A stretch of DNA of 64,000 nucleotides from Acidobacteriaceae bacterium (GTDB lineage: Bacteria > Acidobacteriota > Terriglobia > Terriglobales > Acidobacteriaceae): NCBI GenBank assembly GCA_049977105.1, contig JBMFGX010000014.1, positions 9,686 through 73,685 on the forward strand, read 5' to 3'. The notes beneath the pieces are model-generated. The model did not search any database. It saw only the letters and a program-made list of their open reading frames with translations, and was not told the origin of the DNA. Shown piece after piece: positions 19,014 through 28,957 of this stretch. Position numbers and translations under genes: made by a program. Position 1 is the stretch's first letter; each line of letters opens with the position of its first letter.

Positions 19014-19931
19014 TCACCGAGCCATCGTGCCGATCAAGCTCAGCATTCGTCCTGTCACGCCCTGTTCAGCGCGATGGCTGAAGTACTTGCGCCGTCCGTC
19101 CTCAAGACGCACGCAGGACGTACACTCGCCGATCAGCGTAATCGCAGCGGGGTGCAGGCCCGCATCCAGAAGCTGCCGACGGTTGGCCTCCCAAAGGTTC
19201 AGATGAACCCTGGCCTCTGCCTGAGCCTGTCCGTCCTCACCATCGCCGCTTGCGGCAACGGCTCGTACAGCGTCCGGGCCCTCGGTAAAAAGGTCTCGGC
19301 TATACCCGAACTCGGCCTCAAACCGCTCTTGCACCTCGCCGCCTACCTCAAAGCAGCAGGGGCCAATCGAGGGGCCGATGGCTGCGATCAGATCCTGTGG
19401 CCGGCATCCCAGGCGCTCGCGGAGCAAGCCGACGCCACACTCCACAATCCGCGCCAGCGTTCCCCGCCAACCGGCATGGAGGGCGGCCACCGCGTGCGTG
19501 CGCGTGTCGGCGATCAGAACCGGAACGCAGTCCGCAGTCAGAATGCCAAGCAGCAGGTTGGCGTCCAGCGTGTAAAGTCCATCCCCTTGCAGCGTGGCTC
19601 TGCCGTCTGCGCTCATCGGCGGAAGCTGCGACCGCTGCACCTGGCAGACAACTCCGCTATGGCACTGGCGGATGGTGATCAGTTCCGGCCGACCGTTGCC
19701 TGCGCTCTCACTCGCATCCAGTCCCACCAGAGCATCCACCAGACGCTGCCGCGCCGCCGCCACCTCTGTCGGATCATCCTCCGGGGTGTACCCAAGATTT
19801 TGCTCCGGGGGGCCACCCTCGGCGTAGACTGTGGAAGCTCCCCCTTTGCGGGTACTGAATCCGGCCCGGAGCCAGGCATGAGTTCGCCAGGCAGGAACGG
19901 TCACAATACCTGGAACAGGGCGGCAAGCCAT
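19014..19931 (-). CDS. pgeF: YfiH/PgeF (DUF152) laccase-domain / peptidoglycan editing factor
   Basis: AALHAGWRGT, CCFEVG and the C-terminal CT..FFSHR motifs. I placed the start at the internal ATG 19931 (MACRPVPG), giving the usual length. Confidence 0.8.
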   Translation of the reverse strand: MACRPVPGIVTVPAWRTHAWLRAGFSTRKGGASTVYAEGGPPEQNLGYTPEDDPTEVAAARQRLVDALVGLDASESAGNGRPELITIRQCHSGVVCQVQRSQLPPMSADGRATLQGDGLYTLDANLLLGILTADCVPVLIADTRTHAVAALHAGWRGTLARIVECGVGLLRERLGCRPQDLIAAIGPSIGPCCFEVGGEVQERFEAEFGYSRDLFTEGPDAVRAVAASGDGEDGQAQAEARVHLNLWEANRRQLLDAGLHPAAITLIGECTSCVRLEDGRRKYFSHRAEQGVTGRMLSLIGTMAR

Positions 19932-20655
19932 AGTTGGATTGTACAAACTGCGGATCCCCGCCCGGCAGCCGGCTTCGCAATCCACCGTTTGGCTTAAAGA
20001 TTTCGGGCCCGCTTTCTGGCGGGCCCTTGAGAGGCTTTGGGGAGGGGAACTACTGAGGATTCGTAGGGGGTCGCCCAGAAGATCGGGCAAAAAAGGAAGG
20101 ACGTTCTATCAGAATGGATTAGTTTAGGTTAGCCTCTCAGTTGTTAAGTCAGACGCACTACGATACAAATTGGTTGCCGGGAAGCAAAAATTTGTGTTGA
20201 TCCTATCGGCCCTGTATCAATCTGCGAAAGAAACCTACCACTGGATGCAACGTTCACCCCGTTCGCGCGTCCAATGGACGCGGTCTCGAAAAAAAACGGG
20301 TAGAACCCAGAATTCTCTCTTGATGGTTGAATAGAAAGGTTTTTTGCACCCGGCTGCTTCGGCAGCCCTTCCCAAAGAATGGAGAACAGGAGCCATCGAT
20401 GCAACCCTCTCTCACGGGAATCCGGCTCTTAAGACCAAAAGAGTCATGTATTTGCAGGGAGTTACGCCGTTACGACTCCGGTCGGACTCTGATCTGTTTC
20501 CAACCGTGGATTCGGGTGTTTGGCCCCGATCCACGCCAAGCCCCATCCTCAGCCGGGAAGCTTCGCCTCCCGGCCCATCCAGAGTTTCCACCGGGCTTCC
20601 ACGCCTAACCTATTGAATTGAAGAAGAATCTGATTTATCATTCCGCGACTGCAAG

Positions 20656-22485
20656 ATGAAAAAAACAACTCTTATCGCCTCGCATCTCCTCCGTTCCCGA
20701 ATTGGGAAGTTGTGTGTCGCCATCATCGGTACCTCTCCCAGTGAGATGATCGAGAAGGCCACGGAAGTACTGAAAGATTCCAATTTCCTGGAATTTCGAC
20801 TCGATTACCTCGCCAAGCCCGCTGCCGCGCTTCCCGCTCTGAAGCACTTTCTCTCCAGCAAAACCGCGGCTACGGCGATTGCCACCTGTCGGCGCAAGGA
20901 GAACGGTGGACGCTTCGAAGGATCGAAGACCGCCGAACTGGAAATATTGTTGAAGGCCGCTGAAGCCGGCTTCCACCTGGTCGATGTCGAGCTGGAAACC
21001 ATCGAAACACTGCCCCAGGAAACCATGAGCGAGCTCCGCGCGGCGGGAGCGGCGGTCATCCTCAGCTACCACGACTTCCAGGCCACCAAGGGTCTGGAGG
21101 CCGTCTACCAGCGCATGCTGCCCTTCGCCCCCGATTACATGAAGATCGTTGCTACCGCCAGGACGCTCTCTGACAACCTGACCCTGATGAAGTTTCTCGA
21201 ACGCGCGGAGGATGAGTCCAACTCCAGCGTGGTGGGTATCTGCATGGGAGAACCGGGAATCATCTCCCGGGTGCTGGGACTCAGGGCAGGCTCTGCGTTC
21301 ACCTTTGCCGCAGCCAGCCAGGGAGAAGAGACCGCCCCCGGCCAGATGGCTGCGCGCACCCTGATCGAGACCTATCGAATTGAACAGGTCGATGCCGCAA
21401 CCAAGATCTATGGCGTCGCCGGCAATCCGATCGCCAGCTCCCTCTCGCCCCTGATGATGAACACCGCCTTCCGCCGCGAGACCGTCAACGCCGTCTATCT
21501 GGGCCTCCAGACGTCCAAGGTCGACGACCTCTTTCACCTGGCGCGTGAGGTTCCCATCCAGGGCATGAGCATCACCATGCCGCTCAAGCAGGACGTTCTT
21601 CCGCTGCTGGAGAGAACCGATGCACTCTCTGCCAAGATCGGCGCGGTAAATACCGTTCTGCGCGCTCAGGATGGAAAGTTTTACGGCTTCAACACCGATG
21701 TGGCCGGCGTCGTCTCTCCTTTGGAAAGACGGTTCTCTCTGCGCGGAGCCAGAGTGCTGGTGCTGGGTGCGGGCGGAGCCGCGCGGGCTGCCGTCTTCGG
21801 CTGCTGCGACAAGGGTGCGGAGGTCTTCATCCTCAACCGCACGGTAGAAACCGCTCAGAAGCTGGCCAAACAGTCCGGAGCCAAGACCATCAAGCGCGAA
21901 GCCGTAGCCAAATCCAACTTCGACGTCATCATCAACGCCACCCCCGTGGGCATGGCGGCGGCCGCCAAGTCCGGAGCCGCGGGCAAAGCGACCCCGGCCT
22001 CCCCGCTGGAGGAGCATGAGCTCAACGCCCGCTACGTCTTTGACCTGGTCTACAACCCCATCGAGACGCCTTTGCTCAAGATGGCCCGGCAAAAGGGCAT
22101 CGCCGTAATCACCGGCGTGGAGATGTTTGTCCAGCAGGGTGCGCGGCAGTTTGAGATCTGGACCGGCAAGCCGGCGCCAGAGGAGGAGATGCTGCGCGTC
22201 GTGCTGCATCTCCTGCGGCAGAACATGGATTCATCAGCCTCTGCCACTCCCCTCGCCGCCTCGCCCAGCACAGCCTCTAATTCGGAGACCGCCGCGGAAG
22301 AACCTGCACCTGCGCCTGCAGCGAAACCTGCGCCTGAAGCGAAACCTGCGCCTGCAGCGAAAGCCTCGCCCAAACACAGTCCCCTGGCTCCCGCCCGCAA
22401 GGCAGCGCCGGCCAAGCCGGTGCGGTCCAAGCCAGTCGCCAAGGAGGAGCAGGTCAAGCCCAAGTCGAAGGCTCGCTCCCGGTAG
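20656..22485 (+). CDS. bifunctional type I 3-dehydroquinate dehydratase / shikimate dehydrogenase with Lys/Ala/Pro-rich C-terminal tail
   Basis: AroD-like N-terminal half (CVAIIG...LEFRLDYL...ILSYHDF...MKIVATA). AroE-like half (YGVAGNPIASSLSPLMMNTAF, GMSITMPLK, VNTV, LGAGGAARA). The last ~95 aa are low-complexity (PAPAAKPAPEAKPAPAAK...KPKSKARSR). Confidence 0.88.
   Translation: MKKTTLIASHLLRSRIGKLCVAIIGTSPSEMIEKATEVLKDSNFLEFRLDYLAKPAAALPALKHFLSSKTAATAIATCRRKENGGRFEGSKTAELEILLKAAEAGFHLVDVELETIETLPQETMSELRAAGAAVILSYHDFQATKGLEAVYQRMLPFAPDYMKIVATARTLSDNLTLMKFLERAEDESNSSVVGICMGEPGIISRVLGLRAGSAFTFAAASQGEETAPGQMAARTLIETYRIEQVDAATKIYGVAGNPIASSLSPLMMNTAFRRETVNAVYLGLQTSKVDDLFHLAREVPIQGMSITMPLKQDVLPLLERTDALSAKIGAVNTVLRAQDGKFYGFNTDVAGVVSPLERRFSLRGARVLVLGAGGAARAAVFGCCDKGAEVFILNRTVETAQKLAKQSGAKTIKREAVAKSNFDVIINATPVGMAAAAKSGAAGKATPASPLEEHELNARYVFDLVYNPIETPLLKMARQKGIAVITGVEMFVQQGARQFEIWTGKPAPEEEMLRVVLHLLRQNMDSSASATPLAASPSTASNSETAAEEPAPAPAAKPAPEAKPAPAAKASPKHSPLAPARKAAPAKPVRSKPVAKEEQVKPKSKARSR
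22309..22362 (+). repeat. 18-bp tandem repeat x3 (cctgcg cctgMa gcgaaa) inside the aroDE tail
   Basis: Three consecutive 18-nt units read directly from the sequence. They encode PAPAAK/PAPEAK/PAPAAK. Confidence 0.85.
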
Positions 22486-22742
22486 GCCCAGCCACTCAGC
22501 CCCGTTCCTCAGCCTGACCTCGGCAAAGCAGAGAGCACGCCGTGCCCGGGACCGAACCCAAAACTGCTTGCAGTTACCAGAGCGGTGGCTGTTCCCAGGG
22601 AAGCTCCAGACCCCCAGCGGACCGGCTCAGCCCGGGTCTGGAGCTTCTGCATCTGCTCAGCCGCAGACCCACGCCCGGCTCGCGGTTTACAGCGCGACAG
22701 TTCCACCACTGCGGCACGCTCTTTGCCTACAATTCGCTGTTG

Positions 22743-24827
22743 CTAATCAAACTCCCGCGAGATCCAGCTCTTCAAGGCAGACATACTTGCCTCCCGTCCC
22801 AGAAACGCGCGGACCAGCTCTCGCGCAGGCCGGGAGCCGCCCGGCTCCAGAACTTCACGGCGGTAGCGCAGGGCCGTGGGGCTATCCATCAGGTTCCTCA
22901 CATCAAACGCAGAGAAGAACTCCAGCGCGATCACCTTGTCATACAGGTATGTGTAGTAGTTGGAGGTGTAGCCGACCAGGTGGGTAAAGGCAGCGTACAT
23001 GCGGTTGCCTTCCACAAACTGGTAGCGAGAGAAGCATTCGTACCCCGCGCGCAGCAGACGGTCCAGATCCAGCGTTGAGGCTGCCTGGTCGTGAGTCTCC
23101 AGCGAGTAGGTGGCGTACATCACCTGGGTAAGTGTCGCCAGGGCGCGGCCATGGGCGCTGGCTCGGACCATGCGACTGAAGACGTCATAAGGAATCGGCT
23201 CGCCCGTCTGGTAATGCCGGGCGAAGCTCCGCACCAACTCCGGGTCTTCAAAGAACTCCTCCAGCATCTGGGAGGGAACTTCAACAAAATCGCCCTCGGT
23301 GGCGATGCCGGACTGCCCGGCCCAGCGCTGCCGTCCACCCAGAATCTCATGCATCAGATGGCCAAATTCATGGAAGCAGGTCACCACATCGGAGTACAGC
23401 ATCAGCCCCGGATCGCCCTCGCTCGGCTGCGGAAAGTTGCATACCAGCGAGGCCTCCGGAAGCTGCCGCCCCAGCACGCCGCTCACCAGCGAGCACTCGC
23501 TGAACCACTTGCTCTTGCCCTCGCGCGGGTGCATGTCCAGGTAGATGCGGCCGATCCTCTGGCCCCGGGCAGAGGAACCGGTCGCGCTGTCGATCACGTT
23601 GAAGGCCTTCACCCCCGGCGCCCACACCACGGCGTCCTCCACCGGCGCAAACTCAACCCCGAACAGCCTGCCGGCAGTGGAAAGAATTCCAGCCTCCACC
23701 TGGTTGTAAGGGAAGTACGGCCGAACCGACTGCGAGTCGAAGTCAAAGCGGGAACGGCGGAACTGCTCCTCCCAAAAGCGAGCGTCACTCAGCGTAAGCG
23801 GAAGGGCCCCCGGATCGCGCTCCCGCACAAAGGCCTCCAACTCCGCAAACTCGCGCTGTGCCGTCTCCCGCGCGGCATCTTCCACATCGTTCAAAAAGCT
23901 GCGCATGTTGGCGGCTGAACCCATCATCTGGTCCACGGTGGCCAGGTCCGCCCAGCTACGGAAGCCCAGCAGCTTGGCCATCTCCTCCCGCGCGGCCAGC
24001 AGATCCAGCAGCACCTGCCGGTTCGCCGGGTAGGCGCGGTCGTTGTAGGCCAGGTACATGCGCCTGCGTAACTGCGGGCTCGCGGCGTAGCTCATCACCG
24101 GCGTCATCTCCGGAGGATCAGTGGTCAGCGTAACGGGACCACTGGCTATCAGTTGCTCCGCCTCGCCTTTGGACGCATCGCCGAAGCTTGCATCACGCCG
24201 CACTCCATGGCGCGTCAGGTAATCCTCCGGCAATCCCCGCAGCTCATTGGGATCGTCGATCGGGATCTTGCGAACATCGTCCTGCACCGTACGGCTAAAG
24301 GTCATGCTCAGGGCGGTCATGCGGTCTGCCAGGGAGCGGATGCGCTCCCGCGTCGCATCATCCTTATCAACGCCAGAGAGCCGGTAGCCCAGCAGCGTGC
24401 GATCCAGGTAGTAGAGCGTGGCCGGGTCAGTGGCAGACGCATCTTCTATCAAAGCCCCATGCAGAGCCTCCAGCGCCTGGTACACCTCGCGATTCAGGCT
24501 CAGCGCCACGCTCTCTGCACCGATCACCTGGGAGAGCTCCTGGGCGGCGTCGCGGACCTCCGCCAGCGGATGGACCATGAACATCACCCCGCTCTGGCTG
24601 CCGGCCATACCCAGATGCCAGCGCGCGCTGTCATAGGGCGTCAGCGTATTCTCCAGCGTGCGCCGTCCGTCCACGGCCAGCAGCTCATCAATCGCCGCGC
24701 GAGCAGCGGCAAGGTGGTGTTCCACCCACGCCCTGGTCTCCGCCGCTCCTGCCGGACCGGACCAGATGTGGAGGGGATCGGCAACGGTGGGATCTGTGGG
24801 CTTGGACTGTTCCTCAACATCCTGCAT
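22743..24827 (-). CDS. M3 family metallopeptidase (peptidyl-dipeptidase Dcp / oligopeptidase A-like)
   Basis: 694-aa ORF with the zinc motif FHEFGHLMHEIL (HEXXH), a downstream E, and M3-typical length. Confidence 0.88.
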   Translation of the reverse strand: MQDVEEQSKPTDPTVADPLHIWSGPAGAAETRAWVEHHLAAARAAIDELLAVDGRRTLENTLTPYDSARWHLGMAGSQSGVMFMVHPLAEVRDAAQELSQVIGAESVALSLNREVYQALEALHGALIEDASATDPATLYYLDRTLLGYRLSGVDKDDATRERIRSLADRMTALSMTFSRTVQDDVRKIPIDDPNELRGLPEDYLTRHGVRRDASFGDASKGEAEQLIASGPVTLTTDPPEMTPVMSYAASPQLRRRMYLAYNDRAYPANRQVLLDLLAAREEMAKLLGFRSWADLATVDQMMGSAANMRSFLNDVEDAARETAQREFAELEAFVRERDPGALPLTLSDARFWEEQFRRSRFDFDSQSVRPYFPYNQVEAGILSTAGRLFGVEFAPVEDAVVWAPGVKAFNVIDSATGSSARGQRIGRIYLDMHPREGKSKWFSECSLVSGVLGRQLPEASLVCNFPQPSEGDPGLMLYSDVVTCFHEFGHLMHEILGGRQRWAGQSGIATEGDFVEVPSQMLEEFFEDPELVRSFARHYQTGEPIPYDVFSRMVRASAHGRALATLTQVMYATYSLETHDQAASTLDLDRLLRAGYECFSRYQFVEGNRMYAAFTHLVGYTSNYYTYLYDKVIALEFFSAFDVRNLMDSPTALRYRREVLEPGGSRPARELVRAFLGREASMSALKSWISREFD

Positions 24828-25193
24828 GACAAAAATCTCCTGATGGAAAAACGGAGGCGCAGAGAACTGGGCCTTCTATCAATCTACGGTAAGTGGACCC
24901 CGATGCCCTCAGCCGCACCCGGAGCGACGACAAGCACGCCTCGGGAACTCCCCCTGCGCCTCCGGCTTTGCCGTTGCACGGAACCCGCCCTCAGGAACCT
25001 ATTCCCGGGGAACCCACCTACACGAGATGGCTCTTCCGGGTAAGATGCGACGGCCAGATCCGCCGGCCAGGCTCACCCCAACCAGCCAAAGGACAAGCCT
25101 CTTTCTTTTCCCAAATAGTTTTTCACCAATTTTCAACTTTCCTTGATAGAATTGCGCCCATTCTGATCTTCCGCCTTTTAAGGAGGGCGACTC

Positions 25194-26414
25194 ATGAGAC
25201 TCGAAATGCTGTATCGCGGTAGACTGCGTCTGGTCACGGCAGGTACGATTGCCGGGATCATCCTTCTCCCTTTGCTGAACAGGGCGCAAGCACGTAATAA
25301 CACCTACATGCAGGTGAACCTTGTTTCCAATGGCTACGTGCCGGCCAAGGTGATTGACCACAATTTGGTCAACCCGTGGGGCGTGGCCGCCGGCCCCACA
25401 AACCCCCTTTGGATATCCGATCAAGGCAGCAATACCTTGATCGTCGCTCCAATCAGCGCGGTTGAAAATGGCTCGGCGCCGCCCTTGACGGTTTCCGTTC
25501 CAACGCTGGGAGGCGGACCCAACGGGCCCACCGGGATCGTCTACAACCTCGCCTCTGCTGCCAACGGATTTGGAATCCCTTCCGGATCCGGTATGTCGAC
25601 CGTACCACCGATCTATATCTTTACGAACCTCAATGGTACGATCCTCGGCTGGAGTCCGAAGAGTTCGGGCGGCGTATCTCAGGCTGTGGTGGCAGTGGAT
25701 AACCACACAAGCATGGCCACATACACCGGCCTGACCATGGCGGCAGTAGGCCAGAACACGTATCTTTACGTGGCCAACTTCGCGCCGAACGGCGGCATTC
25801 AAGTCTTCAATAGCTCCTGGCAAATGGTTACGGACTTCGGAAATGAGGCGTTCGAGGATCCACGCCTTCCCCGGCTTCCGGCAAGCGAGGTCTGGGCGCC
25901 GTACAACATCGCCAATCTCAATGGCAAGATCTACGTGGCCTATGACGCCATACCTGCAACAGGTGGCCTGCCCATCACCCACATGGGGCTGGGAGTCATC
26001 GGCGTGTTTACTCTCCAGGGCCAGTTCATCCGTAATCTGGAGGTCGATCCCGGCCACCGGGATATGGCGAACGGAAACGGCATCGCCTTGGGACGGGCAG
26101 GTCAGCTGGACGCCCCGTGGGGGATGGTCATGGCTCCGGCGAAATTCGGTCGCTTCAGCAATGAATTGTTGGTAGGGAACTTCGGAAACGGCCAGATCCT
26201 CGCCTTTCGCGCGGATGGTAAATTCGATGATACCCTGCGTGGTACCGATCATCACCCGCTGAAGAATGGCTTCCTCTGGTCCCTATGGTTCGGCAACGGT
26301 CAGGACGGCGCCGAGCCAACTACGCTCTACATAACCACCGGCGGACCCAATGAGGCAACCGACGGGTTGCTCGCCGCCATCACAGCCGCCCCTGCAAACA
26401 ACCGGCAGCCATAG
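25194..26414 (+). CDS. secreted beta-propeller-like protein resembling the TIGR03118 family
   Basis: Signal peptide, then YMQVNLVSNG...LVNPWGVAAGPTNPLWISDQGSN. That matches my memory of the TIGR03118 N-terminal signature. RBS aaggagg lies upstream. The family assignment is from memory only. Confidence 0.6.
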   Translation: MRLEMLYRGRLRLVTAGTIAGIILLPLLNRAQARNNTYMQVNLVSNGYVPAKVIDHNLVNPWGVAAGPTNPLWISDQGSNTLIVAPISAVENGSAPPLTVSVPTLGGGPNGPTGIVYNLASAANGFGIPSGSGMSTVPPIYIFTNLNGTILGWSPKSSGGVSQAVVAVDNHTSMATYTGLTMAAVGQNTYLYVANFAPNGGIQVFNSSWQMVTDFGNEAFEDPRLPRLPASEVWAPYNIANLNGKIYVAYDAIPATGGLPITHMGLGVIGVFTLQGQFIRNLEVDPGHRDMANGNGIALGRAGQLDAPWGMVMAPAKFGRFSNELLVGNFGNGQILAFRADGKFDDTLRGTDHHPLKNGFLWSLWFGNGQDGAEPTTLYITTGGPNEATDGLLAAITAAPANNRQP

Positions 26415-26478
26415 CAGGAAGGGGCCGGCAGAACGGCGCAGCCATGCTGCACGCGTAGCTACGCCAGATATCCAGCCA

Positions 26479-26520
26479 GAGGTCATGGGATCCTGCGCGT
26501 CCCATGACCTCTCCTGTTTC
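26479..26520 (+). terminator. putative intrinsic terminator after the propeller-protein gene
   Basis: 12-bp perfect stem gaggtcatggga/tcccatgacctc with a 9-nt loop, followed by a T-containing tract (tcctgtttc). Confidence 0.5.
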
Positions 26521-26840
26521 TGCGCCCCTCAAGCGGCAGCAGCTTGAGCCAACGCCCATTCATGGATAGAAACTCCTGACGGAGCGAGGGACGGGCCTTG
26601 TAGTGCGACCTCCCGCCGTGCGACCTCCTGCGGAGCAACTTCGTCAGGTCCAGAAAGAACGCTCATAGGCTCACCTCGGCGACGCCGCTCGCGAATCTGC
26701 CCCGAGGCTCAACGGCGCGTGCGCTGCCGTCGCAGATCGGCATCTTCAGACTGCCCGATTTCACAACAAGGTGGTCCACGCCCTGGCCACACAGGATCGG
26801 CGATACTCTGAAGCTGTAGACTTCTACCCAGTCGGCCTCG

Positions 26841-28478
26841 ATGAAAGATCTCATCCCTGATCCTGCTCAACCCGAATCTCTTTCTGCGGATTTTCCCTCG
26901 CTGTCCCCTACCGATCGGTGGTTGGCCGCGATTGTGGAATCGAGCGACGACGCGATCCTCATGGAATCGTTAACCGGCACGATTCAAAGCTGGAATGCGG
27001 GAGCAACGCGGGTCTTCGGTTACCAGGCGGAAGAGGCCATTGGCCGGCCCGTATCCTTGCTGGCGTGGCCCGGTGAGGAGCAGCAAAGCGCTGCCTTTCT
27101 CCACCAACTGCGTCAGGGCGGGCGCGTTGAGCATGTAGAGGTGGCACGAAGACATAAGAGTGGGAAAAAGATCTTTGTCTCCCTTAGCCTGTCTCCGATT
27201 CGTGACGCTGACGGCACGATCGTGGGCATAGCCAAGATTGCTCGCGACATCACCGAGCGGAAGGCGACCCAGGAGGCATTGGCCCAGCAACAGTTGCGCC
27301 TTGTCTCCCTGATGAAACAAGAGGCGCGCGCCCGCGCAGAAGCACTCGCCGAGCACAAATTTCGCGAACTCATTGAAAGCGCCCCCGATGCCATCCTGCA
27401 GGTGGATGCTCGCGGCGCTATCGTGATCGCCAACCGTACCGCCGAGACCATGTTTGGCTATAGCTATGAAGAACTGATGGCCCTGAACGTGGATACGCTG
27501 CTGCCTGAAGCAGAGCTCTCCGGCCATGCGGAACACCGCAAGGCCTTTGCCGCAGCCGGCGTTACCCGGCCCATGGGACAGGGTCTCGACCTCTACGGTC
27601 GCAGAAAAGATGGAACCCGGTTTCCTGTGGAGATCAGCCTCAGCCCCGTGCAGACGGAGAACGAGATCCATGTGACGGCGGTCATCCGCGATGTGACCGA
27701 ACGGAAGCAGATGGAGCAGTGGATGCATAGGTTGCAGGAAAGTTACGTCGCAGAGCTAGCCGCGCGGCATAAGGAGGCGGAACGGCTCAACCAGCTCAAG
27801 AGCGAATTCATGGCCAGCATCAGCCATGAACTGCGCACCCCCCTGCACACCATCATTGGATTCGCAGAGCTCCTCGCCGAGGATGACAGCGGCCCGCTGA
27901 ATGAGAAGCAAAGACGCTTTCTGCACCATATTCAAAGCGACTCGACGCATCTGCTGGGTCTGATCAACGATGTGCTCGACCTGAGCCGCAGCGAAGCCGG
28001 CGGACTGAACCTGCGCCCTGAACCGTTGCCTCTGCAGGAGATCGTCTCGGAGGCGGTCAATGCTCTTCTGCCCTATGCCGCGTCCAAGTCCGTCGCACTG
28101 CGCCTAGGCGACCATCTCGATCAGCATGTGGTCGCGGATCCCACGCGTCTGCGCCAGATCCTCTCCAATCTGGTCCACAACGGAATCAAGTTCACTCCGG
28201 CAGGGGGCGAGGTCTGGGTAGAAGCCACCGCCGACCAGGGTTTTGTGACGATTACCGTATCTGACACTGGCGTTGGAATCCCGGCCGAAGAGTGCGACCG
28301 GATCTTCGACAAGTTCTATCAGGTGGGCTTCACCCCGACCGGGAGCCGGGAGGGAACCGGTCTCGGTCTTACCATCTGCCGACATCTTGTGGAGATGCAG
28401 GGCGGCAAGATCTGGGTGGAAAGCCGGTCAAAGCACGGCAGCAGCTTCCATTTCACGCTTCCCGCAAGCCATCGGTGA
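26841..28478 (+). CDS. PAS-PAS sensor histidine kinase
   Basis: Two PAS blocks ([14 protein letters not shown]..., [14 protein letters not shown]...), H-box [18 protein letters not shown], and N, G1 (DTGVGI) and G2 (GTGLGL) boxes. Confidence 0.9.
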   Translation: MKDLIPDPAQPESLSADFPSLSPTDRWLAAIVESSDDAILMESLTGTIQSWNAGATRVFGYQAEEAIGRPVSLLAWPGEEQQSAAFLHQLRQGGRVEHVEVARRHKSGKKIFVSLSLSPIRDADGTIVGIAKIARDITERKATQEALAQQQLRLVSLMKQEARARAEALAEHKFRELIESAPDAILQVDARGAIVIANRTAETMFGYSYEELMALNVDTLLPEAELSGHAEHRKAFAAAGVTRPMGQGLDLYGRRKDGTRFPVEISLSPVQTENEIHVTAVIRDVTERKQMEQWMHRLQESYVAELAARHKEAERLNQLKSEFMASISHELRTPLHTIIGFAELLAEDDSGPLNEKQRRFLHHIQSDSTHLLGLINDVLDLSRSEAGGLNLRPEPLPLQEIVSEAVNALLPYAASKSVALRLGDHLDQHVVADPTRLRQILSNLVHNGIKFTPAGGEVWVEATADQGFVTITVSDTGVGIPAEECDRIFDKFYQVGFTPTGSREGTGLGLTICRHLVEMQGGKIWVESRSKHGSSFHFTLPASHR

Positions 28479-28522
28479 TGGGGGTCACTGGCAGCGCCAC
28501 GGATTGCCTCTAACCTTGCGAG

Positions 28523-28957
28523 GTGAACTCTGCACCTCAGATGCGCTCCCCATGCGCCTCGCAGCCCGTAACCCGGCAGCCTGTGGCCAAAAGGATCCTG
28601 ATCGCGGACCATCCGTTGAGTAGCCGCGAGCTTCTGCGGTCCATGCTGGAGGCGGATGGCTATGACGTCTGTGACGCGGAAGATGGGGAACAGGTTCTGC
28701 AAAGAGCCAGTACGCTTCTTCCCCAGCTCATCCTTCTGGATCTGCTGATTCCCAAGCTGGACGGCTATCAGACTGCAAGTGCTCTGCGCAAGATGCAGAT
28801 TTTCCAGACAACGCCTCTTATCGCGCTGGCAGCGGCCTGGTCAGATGCGGCGCCGGAGCGGATTTTCCAGGCAGGCTTCACCTGCTATCTTGTCAAGCCG
28901 GTTCTTCCAGCGCAACTGCGCAAGTGCCTCTCCGGCCTGCTGTCACCGGCCGGCTAA
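28523..28957 (+). CDS. single-domain response regulator (receiver only)
   Basis: KRILIAD..., phospho-acceptor context LILLDLLIPKLDGY, and the conserved K in YLVKP. The start is uncertain. Confidence 0.8.
   Translation: MNSAPQMRSPCASQPVTRQPVAKRILIADHPLSSRELLRSMLEADGYDVCDAEDGEQVLQRASTLLPQLILLDLLIPKLDGYQTASALRKMQIFQTTPLIALAAAWSDAAPERIFQAGFTCYLVKPVLPAQLRKCLSGLLSPAG

Noticed and set aside
18777-19997. 406-aa ORF on the plus strand
   Set aside because: It is antisense to pgeF/yfiH. The translation is Arg/Ala/Pro-rich junk.
20638-22209. 523-aa ORF on the minus strand
   Set aside because: It runs antisense across the whole aroD-aroE gene. Its Gly/Arg/Asp/His-rich, motif-less translation is typical of a shadow ORF in GC-rich DNA. 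The + strand product has clear enzyme motifs.
24999-26255. 418-aa ORF on the minus strand
   Set aside because: It is antisense to the TIGR03118-like gene and has no motifs. The + strand ORF has an RBS, a signal peptide and a family signature.
26663-26854. 63-aa minus-strand ORF, followed by a 45-aa ORF with an ATGA overlap (toxin-antitoxin-like layout)
   Set aside because: I recognise no family motifs. The first ORF would have to start inside the histidine kinase coding region on the opposite strand. The second ORF is Ala/Pro/Gln-rich.
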